Of a stretch of 64,000 nt of DNA, positions 26,150-39,299 are shown one piece after another. Location of the stretch: the NCBI RefSeq assembly GCF_006345805.1, contig NC_043010.1:27094001-27158000 (forward strand). The letters are read 5' to 3'. How positions within the stretch are numbered: the stretch's first letter is position 1; each line of letters begins with the position of its first letter. Below the pieces are notes generated by a model. That model was given only the letters and a program-made list of their open reading frames with translations. It searched no databases and was not told where the DNA came from. The DNA comes from Octopus sinensis. Its lineage: Eukaryota. Both the position numbers and the translations under genes were made by a program.

Positions 26150-26790
26150 CAGGGTGCGGTGAATATATTGTCGTCTAAATTACACAAAAATTAAAGTAAC
26201 ACTGACATTTCATTTTTACAGATAGATTTACCAAAATTACATAAAAATATCTTGAAATACTAAAGAGTAAGTTTATTCAATAAAATCACCATTGGTTTCA
26301 ACCACAGCTTCCAGACGACTTTGGAATCTTCTGCAACTCTTCTGGACAGTCTCCTTGTTTAAGTTGGTGAATGCTGCCATAATCCTTGCCTTCAGTTCAT
26401 CTTTGATATAACAAGGAGTTTTTTTTGGGGGGTCTCTCACTCAACTGTGCCCCACACATAATAATCAAGGGGGTTGCAGCCTGGGGAGTTAGCCAGATGT
26501 TAGGGGTGATATGGTTGCAGAAATTGTCTGACAACCATGACTGGGTTCTCTTACTTGTGTAGCATTGTGCAGAGTCCTGTTGCCAGACATAGGGTCTTCT
26601 AGCAGTCCCCCTCTTGACCCTGGGCAGCACTACTTCCTCCAGGCACTTGATGTAGGCCTCCGTGTTGAGTCTGAAGCCATGTGGGAAGATGAATGGAGGC
26701 ATAACATCGCCATCACTAGTGATCACTCCAAGCACCATCATGTTGAGTGGAGGTTTGATTTTTATCACTCTCGGTACATGTTTTGAGGAT
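26150..26790 (-). mobile_element. maT (DD37D) transposon 3' part
   Basis: ORF 26397-26768 has WQQDSAQ...(PP)NSPGCNPLD, a 37-residue D-D spacing after restoring a 4-nt deletion; TA|CAGGGTG terminus. Confidence 0.85.
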
Positions 26791-27337
26791 ACGGCTAGAC
26801 AATGGTTGTTCTATGTGTTCACCATCTGATCCTGGTAGTGGGCATTTTTTTGGTTTATGATAAAAATGGATATTTTTTATATCAAAAATCTCAAACAGAT
26901 TTCTGTATTTTTTACCGTAAGATATCAATAGAGGACAAGAAGACATTTTAATTTTATATTTAATTTAATTTCATTTTAATTTTATAGTTAATTTTGAACA
27001 TGAATTGTCTCTTGCAGCCAAATTAAACTGAATTATAAATATCAAAAGTAAATAGAATGCGTTCAAGAAGATTCTTCTACATTTTACAGGAAAGGTGCAA
27101 AAATGGTGCAATGAAAGTGTTGCAGATAGGAAAGAAACCCCAGTAATTTGAGAAAATGGAAATAAAGTCATAAAGATGTTCATTGCTGTTCATATCATCT
27201 CTCATTAATTGAGTGGATGAGTGGAAAGTTTCCAACAAACAAAACGGGGCGGAAAAAGAGTTTTCCAATAAAGAAACACATCACAACATACATGTATATA
27301 TATGCATATATATTTAAATGTGTGTGTGTGTGTGTAT

Positions 27338-27392
<55 letters not shown>

Positions 27393-27474
27393 ATGCTTTT
27401 GACAGCTGGCACCTCATGTCTAGTTATTCAAATTTTGACGTTCCTGATCAACTTATATGTATATGTATGTATAT

Positions 27475-27543
<69 letters not shown>

Positions 27544-27880
27544 ATGTATGTGTGTGTGTATGTATGTGTGCGTGTGTGTATATCTTCTGTCTTTATGCTA
27601 GTAAAAATGGTAAAATATTATCCCTTCATATATTTTGCCAAACACATACACAAGCACCCACTTTACTGGAAGGAAATAACTTGACATAAGAGACAGCAGC
27701 AATTATCTTGAATAATAAGAAAAATAAGAAAATTTACAAAAGAAAAACAAAAAAAAAATTTTGCTTTCAGTATTTAACCATTCTTCTTCTCAGTCAGATA
27801 TTTAGAAATATTGCAGGATTCTGTATCATATTGGCAGAAGATATTTTTGCCACTAAGAGGATAAAAAGTCCTTGGTTGAA

Positions 27881-27998
27881 TCACCATATTGTCCAAGGTG
27901 GGAAGTGAAGTTGATCTACAGGAACTCGGCTGATATTCACTGGGATGTTTATGATGCCAAAGTGGTACCATCGTCTTAACGTCTCACTTATCATCCAC
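27881..27998 (-). CDS. PRADC1: PRADC1 terminal coding exon (exon 5): (G)WMISETLRRWYHFGIINIPVNISRVPVDQLHFPPWTIW*
   Basis: Matches the recalled PRADC1 C-terminus (human ...[24 protein letters not shown]), including the N-x-S/T sequon. Acceptor TCATACAG| at 27999-28006; phase 2 matches the upstream exon; TGA at 27881-27883. Confidence 0.93.
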
Positions 27999-28063
27999 CT
28001 GTATGATAATAATAATAATAATAATAATATAATAATAATAATAATAATAATAATATAATAATA

Positions 28064-30005
28064 AACAAAGTAGCACCAACAATTATAAAATACATAGGAC
28101 ACTCTATGAATAAATGACAAGCAGTGCTATAGCTCCAAACAAAAGAGGGACTCATGAAAACCAAAGCCATCCTCATTAGAAGAGGAATATTCCAGGAAGA
28201 CACCCTCTCTCCACTCCTTTTCTGCTTGGCACTGTCACCTCTATCTGATATGCTAAATAGAACTGGATGCGGATATAAATGTTACGGCAAAACAATCAGC
28301 CACCTTTTATATATGGATGACCTAAAACTATACGCTACAAATGACAAACAGCTGGGAAACACTACTAAAGACAGTTCATGGATTCACCAAAGAAATAGAT
28401 ATGAAATTTGGATTAGAAAAATGCACCAAAGTAACCATGAAAAGAGGAAAACTAGTTAAGAGTAGCAACATCACACTAGATAAAACCAATGAAATAAAAG
28501 AATTAGACCAAAGCCAAACTTACAAATACTTAGGAATCCATGAACTAGATAAGACACAACACACACAAATGAAATAGAAAATAAAAAAAGAATATTATAG
28601 ATGAGTTAGACCAATACTAAAAACAGAGCTCAATGCTAAAAACAAGATAATAGGTATTAACACTTTAGCCGTCCCAGTTATAAGTTACAGCTACAATATC
28701 CTTAACTGGACACTAAATGAACTGACCAAAATAGATAGGAAAACAAGAAAAATAATGACAGGATCTAGGATGCATCACCCAAAATCTGACATAGAAAGGC
28801 TATATATACAATGTATAGAAGGTGGTAGAGGCCTTATACAGCTGGAAAACTACTATAAAATAACCACCATAGGACTGCAAAAATATCTTCTTCAGAAGGA
28901 AGGAAAACTGATACAAATAGCAGCAAAACATGAGCCAAACAAAAAACTGTTCTCAATATTTAAGGAAGCTGACAAATACAAACAAGAAATCATACCACCT
29001 AACAAATATGAAGAAGAAGAAGAAGAAGAAGAAGAAGAAGAAGAAGAAGAAGAAGAAGAAGAAAAAGAAGAAGAAGCAACAAAAGCTATAAAACAAATGA
29101 AATCCAAACTAAAACTAGAACAGCAACGAACCATGATAAAACAATGGCAAGAAAAGCCCCTTTATGGCAAATACTGGACTAAACTAAATGCAAAAGAAAT
29201 AGACAAAGAAAAATCCCAGCAATGGTTGAGAAGCTCAGGACTCAAAGCAGAGACAGAGGGATTTTTAATTGCAGCACAAGACCAAAGCCTCCCCACCAGA
29301 AATTACCAAAAATATGTAATGAAAAGAAATATAACAAGTAACTGCAGAATATGTGGAGATGGACAAGAAACAATAAATCATATTATCTTTGGCTGCCCAG
29401 TCCTGGCTAAGAAGGAATATATTCACAGACACGACAGAGTTGGGACCTATATACACTGGAAGCTATGCCAACATTATGGAATAACAACAGAAAAAAGATG
29501 GTATTGGCACACACCAGAAAAGGTCACAGAAAACGAGAAAGCAACCATACTCTGGGATATGCCGATACACACAGATAGAGAAATTAAGGCAAACAGACCA
29601 GATATGGTTGTCAGAGATCATGAAGAAAAAAATGCTTTCTAATTGATGTATCAATACCAGCAGATGACAACGTATCTCTAAAAGAAATGGAGAAACTTTC
29701 AAAATACAAAGACCTGGAAATAGAGGTAACCAGAATGTGGAATCTAAAAACAGAAACAATTCCTATCATAGTAGGTGCATTAGGCATGATAAAAAAATAT
29801 TCAGACAAATACATAACAAAAACACCAGTACTTACAAACACATATAACATACAGAAAATTGCACTACTAGGCACTGCACACATCCTACGCAGAACACTTT
29901 CCATACAATAACCATCAGAGCATCACAACAAATCACAGCACATACCCAAGGCACACAGAGCTGCACTCGGTAGTGAAGTGAAAGCACGCTATAAAAATAA
30001 AACTA

Positions 30006-30060
<55 letters not shown>
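28064..30060 (+). mobile_element. R4/Dong-like (RLE-type) non-LTR retrotransposon, 5'-truncated
   Basis: RT (RRGIFQEDTLSPLLF, LLYMDDLKLY), CCHC (CRICGDGQETINHIIFGC), RLE (NRPDMVV..LIDVSIP), (TAA)n tail. Confidence 0.92.
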
Positions 30061-30061
<1 letters not shown>

Positions 30062-30065
<4 letters not shown>

Positions 30066-31210
30066 TTTGCTATTGATCTCGTGCAGGATACCCAAACTGA
30101 ACAACCCGAGGGAAGTACGGCAACTATTGTTGCAAAGAAGGTGAAAATGATGGCAATGAAAAAAGCGCACGAGCAATTGGCTGATAGGTGGGAGGAGAAA
30201 CCTCTGCACGGCAAATATGTGACCCGCAGCAAACAAGCTGATGTTGACCAGAAGCAAACCCATCAGTGGCTGCGGAGCTCAGGGCTAAAAGCAGAGAGCG
30301 AAGGTTTCATCCTGGCTGCTCAAGACCAAAGCCTATCAACCTGGAACTACCAGGCCAATGTGATGAAAAATGGAGCAGACCCAAAATGCCGATTCTGCAA
30401 CGACATGATTGAAACAGTGGACCACCTAATCTCTGGATGTAAAGTCTTAGCACCAGTGGAGTATAAATTAAGACATGACAGAGTTGGCCAATATCTCCAC
30501 TGGCTAATAAGTCGGCATTACAATATCAAAACTGCCGACAAGTGGTATAATCACCACCCTGAGGCTGTAACTGAAGGAGAAAATGTAACCATTCTGTGGG
30601 ACTTTCCAGTACATACAGACCGAACCATCAAGGCCAATAAACCAGATATTGTTGTGAAAGACCAAAACAATAAAGTTTGCTTATTGATCGACATGAGCAT
30701 CCCCTGTGATCATAATATCTCAGCGAAAGAGTTTGACAAGCTCAGAAAATATAAAGACCTACTCATTGAAATTGAGAAAATGTGGCATCTCAAGGCGGTT
30801 ACAATACCAGTGATCGTAGGAGCACTAGGAATGATCAAGAAGGGAACCGAAAATTATATGAGAATGATCCCTGGCTTACCATCCCTGCAAGAAGTGCAAA
30901 AGATTGTCTTAACTGGTACATCACACGTATTGAGAAGAGCATTGTCGATGTGAGAACTGTTGCTGCTCATGCATTTTAATTTAACTTTAAAAAAAAAAAA
31001 AAAAAAAATGAACGAACTACTGAGTTTGGTTTAATGGCCTACCAATATACACTATGAGTTTCTTTGCCCTAGGAGTCGGGAAGACACTCGGCAAGAAATG
31101 GAAGAAAATTTGAAAGAAGAAAAAAAAAATAATAATAATAATAATAATAGTAATAAAAGTAATTATAGTAACACTGATATTTAATAATAATAATGATAAT
31201 AATATAATAA
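30062..31210 (+). mobile_element. Second R4/Dong-like element (different subfamily), 3' part
   Basis: Intact 290-aa ORF 30081-30953 with CRFC..ETVDHLISGC, KPDIVV and IDMSIP; (TAA)n tail. Confidence 0.92.
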
Positions 31211-32293
31211 TAATTTTGTCTTGTTATAAAAGTTGGGCTTCAGCAAATATTCTACTCAATACCACAGATTTGTTTGTCAGTTGTTTGACCATAACCAGTT
31301 GAAGGTGTCCCTTAGTGGCTGACGATATGTGCATCTCTGATCATAAGCAGAAGTAGTGGGGGAGCATCATAGCTGTGTGTTGAAAGGAATTCTTGGAGGT
31401 TTGGATAATTCACCTTTGGAAATATGGGTGTTTCATTCTTTGTCCTTAAACAACCCTTATTCAAGGACCTTTTGAGTGGGATGGGCTACTCAACATGAAG
31501 AAAATTCTAACTGGACCCCACTTGCAAGGTTATATGCTGTTTATCCTGATATGGGATCACCATGTTGTACACATATGGTTGTGATGCATGTGCCTAGTGT
31601 ACCTTTATCAGATGAGCAGTCATGATGGGTATACTGGGCTTCATATATTTTAACTCAGTCTCACATGGATGGCATGCACTACTCTCTCACTCAATAATAA
31701 TAATAATAATAATAATATTAAATAATAACAATAACAACAACAATAATAATAACAACACCAACAACAATAACAAACTTTTCTATTATAGGGGCCAAGAGAT
31801 CAAGTCTATTACATTGACCACAGTGCTCAACTGGTGCTTATTTCATTGACGCCAAAAGAATGAAAGCAAAGTCAGCCTTGGCAGGAATCTCAACTTAGAA
31901 TATAATGAAAGATGAGATGTCATTGAGCATCTTGTCCAATGTGCTAATGATGTTGAAAGCTCATTGCCTTAATAACGAGAAACAGAAAAAGATAAACACA
32001 CATTCCATGAATTTCTTCCAGACAATTATTATTTTCTGTCAAGAAATGTCTTACTTCATAGAATGTTTAACTAATATATCACAAGTTATGTCATGCTGTC
32101 AATTTCTGAAAAGAGTGAAATAATGCTATACATGGTTACCATTGACTGGAAATTTTGAGAGTTTCATAATAGGTAACCAACAAAAAAAAAGCAAAAGATT
32201 AAATATGTGAATTCTTTACATCATTTTCCTTATAATTCATTAATGTTACATCATAATGACAAATAAAAGAAATAACTAAAGATAATAGCTTAC

Positions 32294-32461
32294 CCATCTT
32301 TTCCAAGCATGAAGAAAACTGGGATGTCAATGATGTGACTAGAGCCGTCGTGTATCATGTTGAAATATTCACTGTCGTTGTTGGAATCACTGTCTGTGAT
32401 TAATACAGCAATAGCTCCTGCCTGTTCAGCATGAAAGCTTTTGGTAACAAATGTGCATTTC
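32294..32461 (-). CDS. PRADC1: PRADC1 exon 4 (PA domain): KCTFVTKSFHAEQAGAIAVLITDSDSNNDSEYFNMIHDGSSHIIDIPVFFMLGKDG
   Basis: Strong similarity to recalled PRADC1 GCSFLSK...[21 protein letters not shown]...DIPALFLLGRDG. 168 nt; TTTTATAG| acceptor, GG|GTAAGC donor; phase 2/2. Confidence 0.95.
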
Positions 32462-32645
32462 CTATAAAAGAGACACACGGCAATAATTTTGACACTAAAT
32501 TTAGAATAATTAACTGAACAATTTAAGGAATTAACTATACTTTTTATGTATGTATGCATGCATGCAAATATGCAGATTTGTTTTATTTTATGCATGTCTT
32601 CTCATACCTATAGTTGGATGTCTAGACATGCTCATATATATTTAA

Positions 32646-32865
32646 CCCTTAAGTGTTTAAACCGGCCCTATCCGGCCAAAATATTCTACCTGTTTTATGT
32701 TCAAACTAGTCAGATATGGTCATTCATAGCTATTTTATTGTGTCATTTTAAAAATAAACAATCACATCATTGAAATCTCAAAGCCATGAAATGATGCAAG
32801 ATTAATTTTACATGGTGTGAATACATAAGCTTTACATTTGACAGAATAATCTGAATGCTAAAGGG
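32646..32865. mobile_element. piggyBac-type MITE (TTAA TSD)
   Basis: TTAA|CCCTT...AAAGGG|TTAA, 220 bp, in PRADC1 intron 3. Confidence 0.8.
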
Positions 32866-34294
32866 TTAAATGATAAACTTCTGGAAAGTTTTATAAGTTT
32901 TTAGAGCTCAAATGATGGCATGGATCTGTAGTCTTCATATCAGCTGTCCTGTTTATGACTTCCATCTGCTCCTTGTAGTGGGGCCCTGCTATGCAAGTTC
33001 CAAGGTTTTGAGGAGTGTGGCCCCAAGTCTTAGCTATTCTTGTATCCCAGGTCTACTCTGACCCAGAGTACTAGCACCTGTTAGGGTCCCAGCAATGAGT
33101 CAATTAGCACGGACCCCCAACTACTTAGAACTTTCTTCCAGGAAATGGTAAATTCATATTAAAAAAATAACCTGATGGGCAGTTGGTTTCTGGTTGTCTC
33201 AGCCTCTGTTGTGTTGAAAACAAATTCATGCACAGAAATTTCCTGGACCCTCAGAACATTTGCACAGACTTATTGCATTTAAGAAACGGTCTTATTCAGT
33301 CAAAAGTTGACTTCCTCTATATGTATGTATGTGTGTGTATGTGTGTCTGTATGTGTATGTGTGTGTATGTAGGTATGTATGTATGTATATATGTGTATGT
33401 ATATATACATGTATGTGTGTGTGTCTGTATGTGTATCTGTGTGTGTGTGTATGTATGTATGTATGTATGTATGTATGTATGTATGTATGTATGTATGTAT
33501 GTATGTATGTATGTATCTGTGTGTGTGTGTGTGTTTATGGATGGATAGATTGATCCAGATGTGTATATATATGTATCTATCTTTTGTCTGTTATTTTTTT
33601 ACATATTTCAGTCATTCACAAACTGTAAATCAGAGGACAAAATATTATGTATTTTGTTATTTCATCTTAAGTTCTCACTTCAAATCCCACCAGAGTCAAC
33701 TTTCAATGTCTTTCTCTCGGGGCAATCATGGGCCACATGCAACCCACAGAACTTTCTATATGGCATACCTAACCAAAAAATGACCTCAAAATATTTTCTA
33801 GTAGTGTGGCCTACCTATTGATGCGCCATGTCCCATGTGACCCACTTATGGAAAAAAGGTTGCCCATGCCTGCTGTAGGGGGTCAGTAGAATAAGGATCT
33901 GTGTAACTGAAATATCTCAGAAATAGTATAGTTTATCTTAATATTTTTACATATTTATTTTCATACTTACCTTCGGCAGAGCGGTACAAATTTTTGTGAC
34001 ATTTGGACCTCTATTTAAATGATTCAGCACAATTTTTGTTATTTCTTGACGAAAAAATACATGGCTTCCGTGGTGTCAACACACATACAGAATACACATA
34101 CATATAATGAATGTCAATCAACACAAACACATGTTTGCTGTCTGTTACATATACACACACATAGTCGATATATTTTTTGTTAAAGTGTTTTAATAAATGA
34201 TAGCAAACATCATTTGCTCTGGAATTCCATACAAAATTCTGTCTATAAACCAATAGAAACTTTCTAAATTTTAAACCAAAATAGTCCACCTTAC

Positions 34295-34404
34295 CCTTGC
34301 TTCAGAAGAACAACTGCTCCATCAACAACATGTTTATTAAGAAGAGGACTGCACCCTAAGTAAGGTTCTGCGACAACTAAATTCACTCTGTGGTATATGT
34401 GTCT
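34295..34404 (-). CDS. PRADC1: PRADC1 exon 3: RHIYHRVNLVVAEPYLGCSPLLNKHVVDGAVVLLKQG
   Basis: Not in the ORF track. Found by hand: TTATTTTGCAG| acceptor, 110 nt, GG|GTAAGG donor, phase 0/2. Aligns with recalled [23 protein letters not shown]...IALVERG. Confidence 0.92.
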
Positions 34405-35099
34405 CTGCAAAATAACAAGTTTGAACGGTTATGCATCCATGTCTGTACACATACACTTTGTATACATGACGGCCTGTCTATTATTATGCATATATGACGC
34501 ACACACAGACACACATGTTAACACATAAATAAAATCTTCTCTTAAACATTCTACCGGTTGTCTCTCTCTTGTCCTTCTGGCACTAATACTCATTCATACT
34601 TTTCGCATTTATTGTAATCAACCGTGCGATGTATTAAAGGAGCCATTCATTGTCACCTCTCCTTCGCACAGTCATTCTACATATATATATATATAAATGG
34701 AACAAAAACGCAATAGAGGACAATAAAAACATTCAGACAGATAGACGATACAAAGGTAGACAAGAAAAACAACAATGAGAAGGACAGCCAAAAAAAAAAG
34801 ACGGATCATTCGTGGCCTTCTTTCTTCAGTCAAGTACCAGATGTCATGACAATTTCAGACAGATATAAGTGGAGAGTAATGTAAAAACATTACAGAGGAT
34901 ATATTGTAAATAATTAAAATTATTTATGAATATATCAATGGCCAAACATGTTATCATAAGTATAAAGAAGAAAAACATCTATAATTATGACAAGTCACAA
35001 TTATAACTAAGAGGGTTAAAAAACCCTTACATGTAAGGATCTTTTAAGCCTCTTTGTTATAATTGTGACTTGTTCATAATTAAAAACGTTTTTCTTCTG

Positions 35100-35172
<73 letters not shown>

Positions 35173-35269
35173 AGCTGTAGAAACTTTGCCAGATCAGATT
35201 GCCAGCCCTCAGTCAAACTGTCCAACCCATGCCAGGATGAAAAGTGGACATTAAACGATGATGATGATG

Positions 35270-35334
<65 letters not shown>

Positions 35335-36000
35335 GATAGGTTTCTTTCAGTTTCCATCTACCAAATCCACTCACAAGGCTTTGGTGTGCCCGAGACTATA
35401 GCAGAAGACACTTGCTCAAAGTGGAAACATAATGCATGGAAACATGAACCTGGAAACATAAGCACATGGCTTCAAGATGTGATTGTTTCTTTTTAAAATG
35501 ACATTGTGAGGTGGGCATGAAAGGCAAGATCTGGCTGGTTTGACCATAAAACAGGGAGAATATTTTCGCCTGATGTGGCTGGTTTAAATGCTAAAGGGCT
35601 AAACACAAAAATCTCATTGTGATATTTCTCTGGGACAAAATATTACAAACCAGTGCTGTTTCATGCTTGTACACACATTATAAAGGTTATACACGCTGCT
35701 ATTTTAAACTATATTTGTTTAATTGTTTCTTACTTGATTGATGAATGACACAGAGCTCAAGGTTTCAGCCTTAAGTCATTGATCAGCCTCTGCTCATTCT
35801 TCATCATCATCAGCATCATCATCATCATCATTGTTTAACATCCTTCTGCCATGCTGGCAGGGATTGGACCGTTTGAAAGGAGCCGGCCTGGTAGGAGCCG
35901 ACCAGGTAGGATCCTGCACCAGACTTCTGTGTCTGTTTCGGCAGGGTTTTTATGGCTGGCTGCCCTTTCAAACACCTTTCTATCACATCTTCCCCATACT

Positions 36001-36215
36001 GATTTCAAATGTTGGCACAAGGCCAGCAATTTAAAGGGAGAAAGTAAGTCAATTACATTGACCCCAGTGCACAACTGGTACTCATTTTATTAATCCAGAA
36101 AGGATGAAAGGCAAAGTCGACCTTGGTGGGATTTGAACTCAGAACATAAAGATAGATGAAATGCCACTAAGCATTTTGCCTGGTGTGCTAACAATTCTGC
36201 CAGCTCGCCGCCTTA
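36001..36215 (-). mobile_element. SINE family B
   Basis: Collinear with 52520-52748; lies 56 bp into PRADC1 intron 2. Confidence 0.85.
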
Positions 36216-36270
36216 CAAATATCCCCATATTAATTAAACAAAAATAATGGAATGATGAGAATTGACTTAC

Positions 36271-36389
36271 AAAGGAAGTCCCAAAATTCTCTGCTGTTCT
36301 TATTTTATATATGTATGAGATTTCCTCTGGAATGAGAATTTCAAAATATTGGTAACTGGTGGAAGCAGATGCAATTCCATGTTGATAGA
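36271..36389 (-). CDS. PRADC1: PRADC1 exon 2: (x)YQHGIASASTSYQYFEILIPEEISYIYKIRTAENFGTSF
   Basis: CTTTTCATTTCTTTGTTGCAG| acceptor, TTT|GTAAGT donor, 119 nt, phase 1/0. Matches the [28 protein letters not shown] motif. Confidence 0.92.
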
Positions 36390-36849
36390 CTGCAACAAAG
36401 AAATGAAAAGGGTAAGTGTTTAGAATAAGGGAGAAGAAATACAAAAAACAGCAAGAAATACATAAAAACAACACAAAACGTTTTGATGATCACTGCCATA
36501 ACAAACTAAATGGCCAACAGAAACAAAAGCATATATCATCATCATCATCATCATCGCCATCCTCATCACAGATGTCATCATCATCGTCATCATTGTTGTC
36601 ATCATCAAAACCTCAACCAGACAGCCATTTCTGCACCTATAAAAGCACATTATATGTATGTATGGTGCAGACATGGTTATGCGGTTGAGAGGCTTGCTTC
36701 CCAGCCATATGGTCGCAGGTTCACTCCCACTCTGCAGCATATTGAACAAGAGTCTTCTACTATAGCCATGGGCTGACCAAAAGCCTTGTGAGTGAATTTA
36801 GTAGATGGAAACTGGAAGTAACTCAGCATATATATATTGGTAAAGCATG

Positions 36850-37362
36850 ATTTTTCGATTGGTGAAGCCTGACCTTCAAATGTTGGGCCTCACAGAAGCA
36901 ATGACGAAAGACCGAAACCTCTGGAGATATGCTGTGACTGCGAAGACCTGGCAAATAAAGTGAGTTCACAGCTGTATCCTACACCAGTTTCACATAACCA
37001 GCCTCAGCCCATTCAAAAGTACCTTGGATATCATAGGGCAACCTGCTGTACTTGAGGAGACCTATTGAATCAAGTACATCAACATCAAAATGAAAATCAA
37101 ATGGAAATTGTAGTTGTGACCCCTATGCTGGTGGCACATGAAAAGCACCATCCAATCATGGCCGTTTCCAGCCTTCTCTGACCCCTGTGCCGGTGGCACA
37201 TAAAAAGCACTCACTACACTCATGGAGCGGTTGGCATTAGGAAGGGCATCCAGCTGTAGAAACATTGCCAGATCAGATTGGAGCCTGGCTTCCCAGATGC
37301 CAGTTGAACTGTCCAACCCATGCTAGCATGGAAAATGGACATTAAAGGATGATGATGATGAT
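36850..37362 (+). mobile_element. RTE 3' UTR fragment with (GAT)n tail
   Basis: Collinear with 7930-8647. Confidence 0.8.
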
Positions 37363-37944
37363 ATACATATTAAATATGTTTACAAGAAATGTTTTGAATA
37401 TGCAAATAAAGTTTCTATTCCATTATGCCAGCCACCATCTAATGACCCTGACTAGTGAACCAGGTTGCATTGAGCTGTACCGATATAATGTAGGATAAAT
37501 ATACTAATAATAACAATAATCCTTGGATGGAATTTATAAACCTTTAATGCATCATTACATGCATTTCCACAATCTCTTAAGATCTCTATCCGTATTCCTA
37601 GGAATTGTGGTTTTAATTCCCAGACAGGACAATGCATTGTGATCTTGAGCAAAACACTTCATTTCACCTTGCCTCTGTGATCACTTCAACACCTGATGTA
37701 TGGAGCTCCATGCTCCTCTACTGGCAAAGGTTGATTTGATGGAGGCAGTGAGTTTATGTGCAGCACAAACATCAAAGCACTGTAAACAAATCGTATCTGC
37801 AGGTTGTTCACAAAGAAATTGCAGAACAGTCTTTCTCAGACTATGAGGAACTACCAAGAGGATAAATTCTCAGTAGAACCACAGATGCTCTGAAGCTGAA
37901 TGTAAACCAGTATGTTCTAAATGTTAAGTCTTCCTTAGAAGTGA

Positions 37945-38325
37945 TTTATCACTTCCACCTTAGCGAAGGCGGAGGTATTGTTTCCAGTTATGTTTGTTTA
38001 TTTGTTTGTTGATTGTGGACAAAGATATCTCAAGAACCACTGAATAGATTCAGATGAAACTTCCAGGTATGTTTGGCCTCATGACTGGCACAAACTGATT
38101 AGATTTTGGGATCAATCCAGTACCAGACAAGGATTCTGGATTATTTTTCCTGTTTTTTACTTCATTTTTGAGAGCAGTTGGGTTCATTTTTAGTATTCTC
38201 ATTTGTGAGAGCAGTCGAGTTTATTTCAGATATTCTCATTTTAAAAATCCCCTCTGTCTAATCGTTGAGAGGACATTGGTGTCGCCTTGGCAGAGGTTTG
38301 CACTCTCTGAGTGCTCCTGTTGTTA
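37945..38325 (+). mobile_element. Helentron-associated non-autonomous element (HINE-like)
   Basis: Starts ACTTCCACCTTAGCGAAGGCGGAGG and ends CCTTGGCAGAGGTTTGCACTCTCTGAGTGCT, similar to recalled HINE/DINE-type termini. Confidence 0.55.
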
Positions 38326-39299
38326 TTCTATATTTCTATTGCATGTTACATCGCTTTTTCTGATTTTTGTAACATATTAGTAGCTTTCATATTTTCCTGA
38401 TAAAGATCAGAAATTCCAGTTGGTTTATTTCTCGGTTAATAAATTCTGGTTCAGTTGATTGCGATAACTAATACATCTCACATATGTGTGGGTGTAGTGA
38501 AGAACTTTATTTGCAACCATGTGCTTTTGGGTTTGACCCCATTGTGCGGTATCTTGCATAAGAGTCTTTCTGCTCTAGATTCAGGTTGGCCAATACCTTG
38601 TGAGGAGAACAGAAATAAATCATGAAGAAGCTCATTGAATATGTAAAGATTATCATCATCATCATCATCATCAGTGTTCTAACTTCCATTTTCCATGCTT
38701 GCGTGGGTCAATCAGAATTTGTTGAGGAAGATTTCCTAAGGCCAGATGTCTTTCCTGTTGCCAACTCTCACTTGTCCCCACGCATGATAATTTCACCCCC
38801 CACTCTCATCCAATATGTTTTCATGAAAGACTGAGAATGATAATGTTTACGCAATGGTGTGTAACATTATGCAATATTAAGAAAAGGAAACACACATACA
38901 CAAATACAAATACACACACAAACCCATGCACACACATATATTTACAATGGGCTTCTTTCAGTTTCTGTCTAACAGATCCACTCACAAGCCTTTGGTCAGC
39001 CCAGGGCTATAGTAGAAGACACTTGCCCAAAGTGACACACTTTAGAATTGAACCAGAAACCATGTGGTTGGGAAGTGAACTTCTCAATCACACAGCTATG
39101 CTTGCAGCTGTGTGTGTGTGTGTATTAGATATAGATATAGATTTTTGGAAAACATATGTATGTACACACATTTCACATTTTTACATTTGTTTCTCAATCC
39201 CTTCATGGGTTAGATGAGTATAAGTGTGTGAGTAGATGTATGTGTTATGTGTGCATGCATACGTGTGAGTGCATGTGCAAGACTAAAGAGGAAATTCAA

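Noticed and set aside
26980-27170. Plus-strand acceptor-like sites with short frames (NFEHELSLAAKLN*, KVQKWCNESV...)
   Set aside because: No homology and no upstream partner exons; the region plausibly is the PRADC1 3' UTR on the other strand.
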